A stretch of 64,000 nucleotides of DNA from an uncultured Chloroflexia bacterium (lineage in GTDB: Bacteria > Chloroflexota > Limnocylindria > Limnocylindrales > CSP1-4). Under the pieces are notes generated by a model. It saw only the letters and a program-made list of their open reading frames with translations. It did not search any database and was not told where the DNA came from. Shown piece by piece: positions 27,403 to 34,393 of this stretch. The stretch covers positions 320,054 through 384,053 of the forward strand of contig CAVZVS010000003.1 in the NCBI GenBank assembly GCA_963778815.1, written 5' to 3'. Position 1 is the stretch's first letter. Every line of letters begins with the position of its first letter. Position numbers and translations under genes: made by a program.

Positions 27403-28674
27403 ATGTATCCTGACCTCCGTTCGACTTCCCGCCGCCCACTCGGAGACGACGTGCCCGCCAGCTCCATCCTCCTGCTCGAGACCGACGCCATCGCCGGCGA
27501 GGCCATCCGGACCGTCCTGACCGGGGTCGGCTACGCGGTCGACACGGTGACCGAAGCCAGCGAGGCCGTCCAGGTCGCCGCGGACCACAGCCTGGTCATC
27601 ATCGACGTGACCGGCCCGAGCACGACGGCGGCCGATGTCTGCCGGGAGATCCGGGGCACGCCCAGCCTGGCCGCCGTACCCGTCCTGTGCATGTCGGAAG
27701 CAGATGACGTCGAGGAGCGCATCCGCTTCCTCGAGGCCGGTGCGGATGACGTCGTGGCCAAGCCGTTCGACCGGCGCGAGCTTGAAGCCCGGGTCGAGGC
27801 ATTGCTCGTCCGGTTCCAGCGCTCGCGTGGGGCCGTGTCGGCCATCGGTGGCAGCCTCTACGAGCAACCCCGCCGGATGGTCGCGGTGTACAGCCCCAAG
27901 GGTGGCGTCGGTACGACCACCATCGCGGTCAATGTGGCGGTCGCCCATGCTGCGACACGGCCCGGCCGAGTCCTGATCATCGACCTGGACCTGCAGTTCG
28001 GCCAGGTCGCGACGCATCTCAACGTCATCCCCCGCCAGACCGTGGCCGACCTCGCCCGCGACGAGCAGTCGCAGCGCGAGCCCGAGCTGCTCCGGACCTA
28101 CGCAGCCCGACACGAAGCATCGGGGTTGGACGTCCTGGCCGCACCCGGCTCGCCCGAGCTGGCCGACCTGGTCACGGCCGTCCACGTGGAACGGATCCTC
28201 GAGACGGCGCTGCTGGCGTATGAGGCGGTGGTCGTCGACACCGGCTCGACCCTCGACGAGCGCTCACTGGCGGCGCTCGAGCGGGCCGAGGTGGTCCTTC
28301 TCCCCGTCTACCCGGAGATCTCAGCCCTCAAGGCGGTCCACTCGTTCCTCGACTTCGTCAACGAGGCCGGCTCGATCGCGGCCAAGACGACCTTCGTGCT
28401 CAACAGCATGTTCGCCAAGGAGCTGCTCAAGATGCGCGACGTCGAGAGCGGCCTCGGAGCCAAGGTCTCACTGACCCTTCCATACGACCCGTTCCTCTAC
28501 CTCAAGGCCGTCAACGAGGGCAACCCCGTGGTGATCGGTGCCGCCCGGACTCCCGTCGCGGCCGCGATGCTCAAGCTGGCCGCCGCTGCCTTCGGCAGCG
28601 CCGCGTCCGAGTCGCACCCGCCTGTCGAGGAGAAGAAGTCGCGCGGCCTCGGAGGCCTGCTCAAGCGCACCTGA
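27403..28674 (+). CDS. Response-regulator receiver domain fused to a CpaE/TadZ-like (MinD/ParA family) ATPase
   Basis: The REC domain (LLLETD...LVIIDVTGP...VLCMSE...VAKPF) keeps its Asp, Ser and Lys positions. It is followed by the deviant Walker A VAVYSPKGGVGTTTIAVNVAV and a ParA-like fold. An alternative GTG start is at 27451. Confidence 0.8.
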   Translation: MYPDLRSTSRRPLGDDVPASSILLLETDAIAGEAIRTVLTGVGYAVDTVTEASEAVQVAADHSLVIIDVTGPSTTAADVCREIRGTPSLAAVPVLCMSEADDVEERIRFLEAGADDVVAKPFDRRELEARVEALLVRFQRSRGAVSAIGGSLYEQPRRMVAVYSPKGGVGTTTIAVNVAVAHAATRPGRVLIIDLDLQFGQVATHLNVIPRQTVADLARDEQSQREPELLRTYAARHEASGLDVLAAPGSPELADLVTAVHVERILETALLAYEAVVVDTGSTLDERSLAALERAEVVLLPVYPEISALKAVHSFLDFVNEAGSIAAKTTFVLNSMFAKELLKMRDVESGLGAKVSLTLPYDPFLYLKAVNEGNPVVIGAARTPVAAAMLKLAAAAFGSAASESHPPVEEKKSRGLGGLLKRT

Positions 28675-28746
28675 GGCCGGTCCGGGCGAGACCGAAGCGG
28701 GTGATGGCGTCGTAACACGTTCGGCCACGAAGCCGTCCCCTCCCCG

Positions 28747-29304
28747 ATGCGCATCCGTCGTTCGATCGCCCTGTTCCTGCCGGTCGCCGCGTTGGCGACC
28801 GCGCTGTACGGACTGGTCTACCTTGTCGGCCAGCAGGCGTTGCGGACCGCCGCCGACGATCCCCAGATCCAGCTCGTCGAGGACGCGGCGGCTCGGCTCG
28901 ACGCCGGAGCGGCGCCATCGGAAGTCATCGGCTCGAGGCCGATCGATATCGCCAGGAGCCTCGCTCCGTTCGTCGTCGTGTACGACAGCTCAGGAGCGGT
29001 CCTGGCCTCCGACGGTAGCCTCGACGGAGCCAGCCCGCGCGTCCCTAGCGGTGTCCTCGAGTCGGCCCGGACGACCGGTCTCGACAAGGTCACCTGGCAG
29101 CCCCGAGAGGGCGTGCGGATGGCGACCGTGGCCATGCCCTGGGGTGGCGGGACCGTCCTCGCCGGACGATCTCTTCGGATCGTCGAGGAGCGTGTCGACC
29201 GGCTCGGTCTCCTCGTCGCTCTCGCCTGGTTGGTCAGCCTCGTCGGACTGGGGCTCGCCTCGTTCATCGCCAGCTCCATCTGGCCGACCCATGACTCCGG
29301 CTGA
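28747..29304 (+). CDS. Hypothetical bitopic membrane protein: TM, extracytoplasmic domain of about 130 aa, TM
   Basis: 185 aa. An N-terminal TM (IALFLPVAALATALYGLVYLV) and a C-terminal TM (LGLLVALAWLVSLVGLGLASFIA) flank a soluble domain. The amino-acid composition looks coding. I recognise no family. Confidence 0.5.
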   Translation: MRIRRSIALFLPVAALATALYGLVYLVGQQALRTAADDPQIQLVEDAAARLDAGAAPSEVIGSRPIDIARSLAPFVVVYDSSGAVLASDGSLDGASPRVPSGVLESARTTGLDKVTWQPREGVRMATVAMPWGGGTVLAGRSLRIVEERVDRLGLLVALAWLVSLVGLGLASFIASSIWPTHDSG

Positions 29305-29354
29305 CGCAAGCGGAAAGGTGCGGGGCGCTAGCGACCGTATCCGGGCTCGGATCG

Positions 29355-29443
29355 TGGTGCCGAAGGTGGGGTTCGAACCCACACGGCCCTTGCGGGTCAG
29401 CGGAGTTTAAGTCCGCCGCGTCTGCCGGTTCCGCCACTTCGGC
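29355..29443 (-). tRNA. tRNA-Leu (anticodon TAA), type II with long variable arm, CCA encoded
   Basis: Hand-folded sequence: GCCGAAGTGGCGGAACCGGCAGACGCGGCGGACTTAAACTCCGC...GTGGGTTCGAACCCCACCTTCGGCACCA. The acceptor stem is 7 bp, the anticodon loop is CTTAAAC and the T-loop is TTCGAAC. Confidence 0.9.
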
Positions 29444-29465
29444 CGAGGCAAGGGTAGCGCCTGAC

Positions 29466-29651
29466 CTAGACCGACTTCCCGACCGTGCTCAGGATCTTGC
29501 TGGTCTGACCGCCGAGGAAGATGAGGGCGATGATCGCGACGATCGCGATCAGGGCCAGGATGAGGGCGTACTCGGCCAATCCCTGGCCAGCCTCATCGTC
29601 CCGGTCCAGGGCCACCTGGATCCGGATCATTAGCTCCTGCCCGATGGACAT
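29466..29651 (-). CDS. flp: Flp family type IVb pilin (prepilin)
   Basis: 61 aa: MSIGQELMIRIQVALDRDDEAGQG/LAEYALILALIAIVAIIALIFLGGQTSKILSTVGKSV. It has the G/xxEY Flp processing motif and a hydrophobic core. A GGAG sits 8 nt upstream of the ATG. Confidence 0.85.
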   Translation of the reverse strand: MSIGQELMIRIQVALDRDDEAGQGLAEYALILALIAIVAIIALIFLGGQTSKILSTVGKSV

Positions 29652-29887
29652 GTCGTTGCTCCGTTCCGTGGCTTGCCCGCCGATGAACGCAGGCGATGAT
29701 GCCGACCGTCACGCCCCGAGAATCGCGACGTGCGGCGCTGGTGGATACCCACCCGGGCCGCACGGTCAGGATGGCAGCCGTCGCGACCGCCCACGAGAGG
29801 GTCGATGGTCAGGACGGGCGCCTAGTGCAAACGGACTACGCCGACTATCCGGCGGATCGATCCGAGAGCGGATGAGAGGGAGTCAGG

Positions 29888-30091
29888 TCAGACCGACTTG
29901 CCCACCGTACTGAGGATCTTGCTGACCTGTCCACCGAGGAACAGCAAGGCGATGATGGCGACGATCGCGATGAGCGCGAGGATGAGTGCGTACTCGGCCA
30001 GACCCTGCCCACGAGAAGGAACGAGGTCAGCACGAAGGCCGCGAGCGTGGACGATGAAGCTGGTGACGAAGGAATGGGTGCGGAGCAACAT
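29888..30091 (-). CDS. flp: Flp family type IVb pilin (prepilin), second paralog
   Basis: 67 aa. The leader is unrelated to that of the first copy. The mature part, LAEYALILALIAIVAIIALLFLGGQVSKILSTVGKSV, is identical to the 29466..29651 copy at 35 of 37 residues. Confidence 0.8.
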   Translation of the reverse strand: MLLRTHSFVTSFIVHARGLRADLVPSRGQGLAEYALILALIAIVAIIALLFLGGQVSKILSTVGKSV

Positions 30092-30350
30092 CGAGCGGAT
30101 CCTTCAGCTTCGGGATGATGAGATGGATGAATGCCCGGTCAGTGTCGCCGTCACCCCGCGTTTTGACCATGGCCTGATGGTCAGGCCATCCGGTGCGCCG
30201 AAGCGACGCGGGTAGACGTTCGGCGACTCTCACGGCCACGAGTCGCGCCGCTGCTAGGCTGCCAGACACTCGGCGGAAGCGGATTGGTTCGCAACCGAAC
30301 CTCTTTCGTCGGCGTCGCAAGTCGTCGTTACGACGGAGGACTCCAGCTGC

Positions 30351-31946
30351 TCAGGCGAGAACGAGTCCTTCGATACCCGACGACACGGGATCCGGCGCCC
30401 GCGCCATGCGCATGGACACCACGAACCCGAGCATGCTGGCGATGATCGGGATGAGGAGGGCGACCTGGAGCGCGAACGGCCGGGCTTCGGTGTTGATCCG
30501 GATCATCTCAGCCTGGACCGGGGGCGGCTGAGTGACCAGCAGGGCCTCTAGGGCCGTGTTGGTCATGACCTCTGCGTCGTGCTCAAGGGCATCGCTGACG
30601 AGCACCTGCTGCTCCGGGGTCAGAACCACACTCGAGTCCGCCAGACTAGTGAAGCTGATGGCGAGCGTGGCGAGCATGATCGCGCCGGCGAAGGCAAGGC
30701 CGAATGACAGTCCGAACGAGCCGGCAGCCGAGTTCACTCCGGCGGCTTCACTGACCCGTTCCTCCACCACCGGGGCAAGCGTGTAGTTGTTGAGCTGCGA
30801 GACGAGCAGACCGAGCCCCACCCCGGCGATCACCAGTGGGATGGCGAGGTACCAGCCGGCGTCGGCCCGCGGGATGATCGGAACCAACAGCACCATCCCC
30901 ATGAAGAGCAGGCCAAAACCAGCCCGGATGATCGAGCTTGGACGCCGGTCGCCGGAGCGACGTCCCGCGAGGATCGCTGTCCCGAACATGCTCAGCGACA
31001 GCGGCGCGAGCGACAGGCCAGCCTGCAGCGCATTGTATTCGAGGACCATCTGGAGGTAGATCGGGATCGTGATCATCGCGCCACCGAGCGCGATGTTCTG
31101 GAGCATCTGCCCGGAGATCCCAAACCGGAATAGCGCTGACATGAAGAGGTCCGGGTCGATCAGGGTCGGCTTCCCCTCGCGTTTGCGGCGGACCAGCCAC
31201 CAAGCGAGCGCGGCGAGCGAGATCGCGCCGACCGCCAGGAGCAGGCCGACGACTTCGGCTCCCTCCTGCCAGGCGAGGATACCCAGCACCAGGCCGCCCA
31301 TGCCCAGGACCGAGAGGACCGAGCCGACCAGGTCGATCTGGCGTGGGCCGGTGTACGGCACGTCGCGGACGAGCCGGCTGCCGACCAAGACGATCGCGAT
31401 GACGACGACCTCGAGCAGGAAGGCGATGCGGTACGAGAAGAAGGTCGTGATAAAGCCGCCGATCAGCGGCCCCACAGCCGCGGCGATCGCGGCGGCCGCC
31501 CCGACCAGGGCGTAGGTCGCCTTCTGCGCCTTGCCTTCGAAATTGCCATGGATGAGTGACTGCATGGCGGGTAGCAGAAGCGACGCGCCGAGACCACCGA
31601 TGATGGCCCAGAAGAGGATGATCGCGGTCACGCTCTGGGCGAGGGCCATCGCCAAGGCCCCGATCGCGTATGCGAGCAAACCCAGCACATAGGCCCGCTT
31701 ACGTCCGAACAGATCGCCGATCTTGCTGCCGATCAGGATGAACGCGGCCGACACCAGTGCTTCGATCGCGATCGCGGACTGGATGGCGCTCACCGTCGTG
31801 CCGAGGTCGGCGACGACGGCCGAGATCGATACGTTCATGATCGACGTGTCGACGACGAGCACGAACATCGCCATCGCCAGGAGGATCGGCAGTCGGCGGT
31901 CTCCTGGTGCTTCCTCGGACGGCACCTCGACCGTTGCTTGGCTCAC
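30351..31946 (-). CDS. MFS transporter, DHA2 (EmrB/QacA-like, 14-TMS) drug:H+ antiporter family
   Basis: 531 aa with about 14 hydrophobic segments. The N-terminus has MFVLVVDTSIMNVSISAV..., GSKIGDLFGRKRAY (MFS motif A) and LGASLLLPA. Confidence 0.85.
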   Translation of the reverse strand: MSQATVEVPSEEAPGDRRLPILLAMAMFVLVVDTSIMNVSISAVVADLGTTVSAIQSAIAIEALVSAAFILIGSKIGDLFGRKRAYVLGLLAYAIGALAMALAQSVTAIILFWAIIGGLGASLLLPAMQSLIHGNFEGKAQKATYALVGAAAAIAAAVGPLIGGFITTFFSYRIAFLLEVVVIAIVLVGSRLVRDVPYTGPRQIDLVGSVLSVLGMGGLVLGILAWQEGAEVVGLLLAVGAISLAALAWWLVRRKREGKPTLIDPDLFMSALFRFGISGQMLQNIALGGAMITIPIYLQMVLEYNALQAGLSLAPLSLSMFGTAILAGRRSGDRRPSSIIRAGFGLLFMGMVLLVPIIPRADAGWYLAIPLVIAGVGLGLLVSQLNNYTLAPVVEERVSEAAGVNSAAGSFGLSFGLAFAGAIMLATLAISFTSLADSSVVLTPEQQVLVSDALEHDAEVMTNTALEALLVTQPPPVQAEMIRINTEARPFALQVALLIPIIASMLGFVVSMRMARAPDPVSSGIEGLVLA

Positions 31947-32296
31947 CCTCGGCTTGCCTCGAGGGCTGAGGGCATCGAGACGCGGTCAACCATGCACGCT
32001 GCCTGACAGGCAGCGTGATCACGAGCATTCAAGTCGGCATACGTCTCAGCGAGATCCGCGATCCCGCCGTCGATTGCGTCGCTCGCGCCGAGGTAGGCCG
32101 AGATCGCGACAGCATCACCAGACCGAGCATGATCGTCGTTCTGGGCAGGGCTATGGCGCAACACTTGGGCAAGCTCCGTGACAGGCCCGGGTGCCGCCGG
32201 GTAGCCAGCATACGCTGCCGCGGGCGGCTGAGCGAGATAGGCTGATCGCATGAAACGACCAAACCCTCTCCAGCATGCGATGGACAGATTCACCAA
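31943..32296 (-). pseudogene. C-terminal remnant of a DUF2252-family gene
   Basis: The 117-aa ORF ends with HARSGDAVAISAYLGASDAIDGGIADLAETYADLNARDHAA. This matches the conserved C-terminus of DUF2252 proteins (about 450 aa), and the rest of the protein is absent. It overlaps the MFS start by 4 nt. Confidence 0.5.
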
Positions 32297-32846
32297 AGAT
32301 CCCGCGTCGGTGAAGAACGCCGCCTACCTGATGATCGTCATCACCGTGGGAATCGTGGTGATCGGTGGCGTGGTCGTCTGGGTGTTCGATCGGCGAGACT
32401 TCCCTGACTTGGGCGGAGCCATGTGGTACACGCTCCAGACGGTCACGACGGTCGGGTACGGGGACAAGGTCCCGACGGAGGGAGTCGGGCGACTGGTCGG
32501 GGCGGTGGTCATGGTCGTCGCCGTCGCGCTGATCGCGATCCTGACCGCCTCCATCACATCCACATTCGTCGAAGCAGCCCAGCGTCGGCACCGCGTCGAC
32601 CTGGAAGCCCGCGACCAGGACGCGGACGAAGCGCTGCGGCGGCAGCTCGACGACGTCATCACGCAGGCTCGCAGCGATCGAGATCGCGCTCACCTCGTCG
32701 GACGTCAGGATCGAATCAACCTCCCTATCCGACCGGGATCCGTAGACGACGTTCTCGATCGCGCCGCAGCACAGCGAACACTCCGCTGGGCTCCCAGGGG
32801 GCCGTTCAACAGGGAGTGGAGGCGACGAGCGGATTCGAACCGCTGA
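32250..32846 (+). CDS. Two-TM potassium channel (KcsA-like pore domain)
   Basis: 198 aa. TM1 (AAYLMIVITVGIVVIGGVVVWVF), a pore helix with the selectivity filter WYTLQTVTTVGYGD, and TM2 are followed by a charged cytoplasmic tail. The last 30 nt overlap tRNA-Cys on the opposite strand. Confidence 0.75.
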   Translation: MKRPNPLQHAMDRFTKDPASVKNAAYLMIVITVGIVVIGGVVVWVFDRRDFPDLGGAMWYTLQTVTTVGYGDKVPTEGVGRLVGAVVMVVAVALIAILTASITSTFVEAAQRRHRVDLEARDQDADEALRRQLDDVITQARSDRDRAHLVGRQDRINLPIRPGSVDDVLDRAAAQRTLRWAPRGPFNREWRRRADSNR

Positions 32847-32893
32847 ATAGAGGTTTTGCAGACCTCCGTGTTGAGCCACTTCACCACGTCGCC
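32817..32893 (-). tRNA. tRNA-Cys (anticodon GCA), CCA encoded
   Basis: GGCGACGTGGTGAAGTGGCTCAACACGGAGGTCTGCAAAACCTCTATTCAGCGGTTCGAATCCGCTCGTCGCCTCCA. The anticodon loop is CTGCAAA, the T-arm is AGCGG/TTCGAAT/CCGCT and the discriminator is U. Confidence 0.9.
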
Positions 32894-32964
32894 AGGGTGC
32901 TATTCGTGCTCCGAGAAGGATCGCCGCAAGGGGACGGCGGTCGTTCGGCCAGTCTACGTGGTCG

Positions 32965-33036
32965 TTGCCCCTCGAGGATTTCGAACCTCGGTTCGCGGAT
33001 TCAAAGTCCGCTGTCCTACCACTGGACGAAGGGGCA
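32965..33036 (-). tRNA. tRNA-Gln (anticodon TTG) with an atypical 8-nt T-loop; no CCA encoded
   Basis: TGCCCCTTCGTCCAGTGGTAGGACAGCGGACTTTGAATCCGCGAACCGAGGTTCGAAATCCTCGAGGGGCAA. It has the U1-A72 pair typical of bacterial tRNA-Gln and the anticodon loop CTTTGAA. The T-arm is CGAGG/TTCGAAAT/CCTCG, one A longer than the consensus. Confidence 0.8.
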
Positions 33037-33091
33037 TCGGGCGGGTGGCCGGCGGTTGCCGACCGGCCCGACCGTGCGTCGGACGAGATCG

Positions 33092-33167
33092 TGGAGCGGG
33101 AGACGGGGTTCGAACCCGCGACCTCAACCTTGGCAAGGTTGCGCTCTGCCAACTGAGCTACTCCCGC
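33092..33167 (-). tRNA. tRNA-Gly (anticodon GCC), CCA encoded
   Basis: GCGGGAGTAGCTCAGTTGGCAGAGCGCAACCTTGCCAAGGTTGAGGTCGCGGGTTCGAACCCCGTCTCCCGCTCCA. The cloverleaf is canonical and the anticodon loop is TTGCCAA. Confidence 0.92.
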
Positions 33168-33183
33168 CCGTGCACCACCGATG

Positions 33184-33259
33184 TGGTGCCGAGAGCCAGA
33201 ATCGAACTGGCGACACCGCGATTTTCAGTCGCGTGCTCTACCAACTGAGCTATCTCGGC
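33184..33259 (-). tRNA. tRNA-Phe (anticodon GAA), CCA encoded
   Basis: GCCGAGATAGCTCAGTTGGTAGAGCACGCGACTGAAAATCGCGGTGTCGCCAGTTCGATTCTGGCTCTCGGCACCA. The anticodon loop is CTGAAAA. Confidence 0.92.
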
Positions 33260-33372
33260 CCGAAGGCCTGACCAGGCTGGCCGCCCGTCGGCGTGGCGGA
33301 GGATACCACGGGCCTCGAACGGCCTTCAACCGAACCGCCCAGAGAGACGACGCGGAGGCAGGCCCGGCGGCC

Positions 33373-34359
33373 TCAGGTCCGGGGCGCTGCGAGCTCCTCG
33401 GCGACGGACGCGACGGCCGGTTGGCCGCGCAGCTCGCGCAGGCGGTTGATCCGGTCGAGCAGCGGCGGATGGGTCGAGAACCAGTGGCTGGGCTCGGCCT
33501 GGCCATCGCCGAGCTGCATGATCGGGTTGGTGAAGTACAGGTGCTGGGTCGCCCGGTTGGCCACTTCGAGGACCTCGGTGTCGCCCGAGATCGTGGCCAG
33601 GGCGCGCTCCAGCCCGACCGGGTTGCGGGTCAGCTCGACGGCCGACGCGTCGGCCAGGTACTCACGCTGACGGCTGACGGCAAGCTGCACCAGGCGAGCG
33701 AAGATCGGCGCCAGGATAGACATGACGATGGCCACCGCGAAGATGATCAGCTGCAGCCCTCCCCCACCCTTGTCGCTGTCGCTCGAGCGTCCACGACCGC
33801 CGCCCCAGAACGTGAAGCGCAGGAAGAAGTCGGAGATCAGGGCGATGCTCCCGACCATGACCCCGACCATCAGCGAGAACCGGATGTCGAAGTTGCGGAC
33901 GTGTGACAGCTCGTGGGCGATGACCCCCTGGACCTCCTCCCGGTCCATCCGGCTGAGCAGCCCGGTGGTGATGGCGATCGACGAGTGATCCGGGTCGCGG
34001 CCGGTCGCGAAGGCGTTCATCGAGGTGTCGTCGATCACATAGACCCTGGGCTGGGGGATGTCCGCCGCGATGGTCAGCTCGTGGATGACGTTGAACAGCT
34101 GGGGTGCCTCGGCCTCCTTGATCTCGCGGGCGCCGGACGCTGCCAGGACGATCGCATCGCCCTTGAAGTACGAAACGGCCGACGCCAGACTTCCCAGGAC
34201 GATGGCCCCGACAGTGGCGCTGACGGCCCCGCTGACCGAACCGGTGAGGGCATAGCCGATGGTCATCCCGAGGATGCCCAGGATGCCGACCGCGGCCAGG
34301 GCAAGCAGGAACGAGTTGCGCTTGTTGGCCGAGATCTGGCTGTAGAAGGTCGAAGCCAC
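33373..34359 (-). CDS. htpX: Zinc metalloprotease HtpX homolog (peptidase M48)
   Basis: 328 aa. N-terminal TM segments, the HELSHV (HExxH) zinc motif, two further TM segments, and EYLADASAVELT. It is paired with lemA upstream. Confidence 0.9.
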   Translation of the reverse strand: MASTFYSQISANKRNSFLLALAAVGILGILGMTIGYALTGSVSGAVSATVGAIVLGSLASAVSYFKGDAIVLAASGAREIKEAEAPQLFNVIHELTIAADIPQPRVYVIDDTSMNAFATGRDPDHSSIAITTGLLSRMDREEVQGVIAHELSHVRNFDIRFSLMVGVMVGSIALISDFFLRFTFWGGGRGRSSDSDKGGGGLQLIIFAVAIVMSILAPIFARLVQLAVSRQREYLADASAVELTRNPVGLERALATISGDTEVLEVANRATQHLYFTNPIMQLGDGQAEPSHWFSTHPPLLDRINRLRELRGQPAVASVAEELAAPRT

Positions 34360-34393
34360 GGGTCCTCCGGTCTACCTCGACCGGACGAGCGAT

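Noticed and set aside
27208-28185. A 325-aa minus-strand ORF opposite the REC-CpaE gene.
   Set aside because: It is antisense to a gene with clear REC and Walker A motifs and has no motifs of its own. Its composition is the typical high-GC shadow-ORF type.
30278-30300. AGCGGATT...CGAACC similarity to the 3' half of tRNA-Cys (AGCGGATTCGAACCGC), as a possible att-site remnant bounding the accessory patch.
   Set aside because: Only an 8-mer plus a short interrupted match is shared. The local sequence is better explained as its own GGTTCG/CGAACC hairpin. No integrase is present. The match is too weak to call.
32151-33152. A 333-aa minus-strand ORF spanning the K+ channel and three tRNA genes.
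   Set aside because: It reads straight through tRNA-Cys, tRNA-Gln and tRNA-Gly and is antisense to a channel gene with a clear TVGYGD filter. It is not a plausible CDS.
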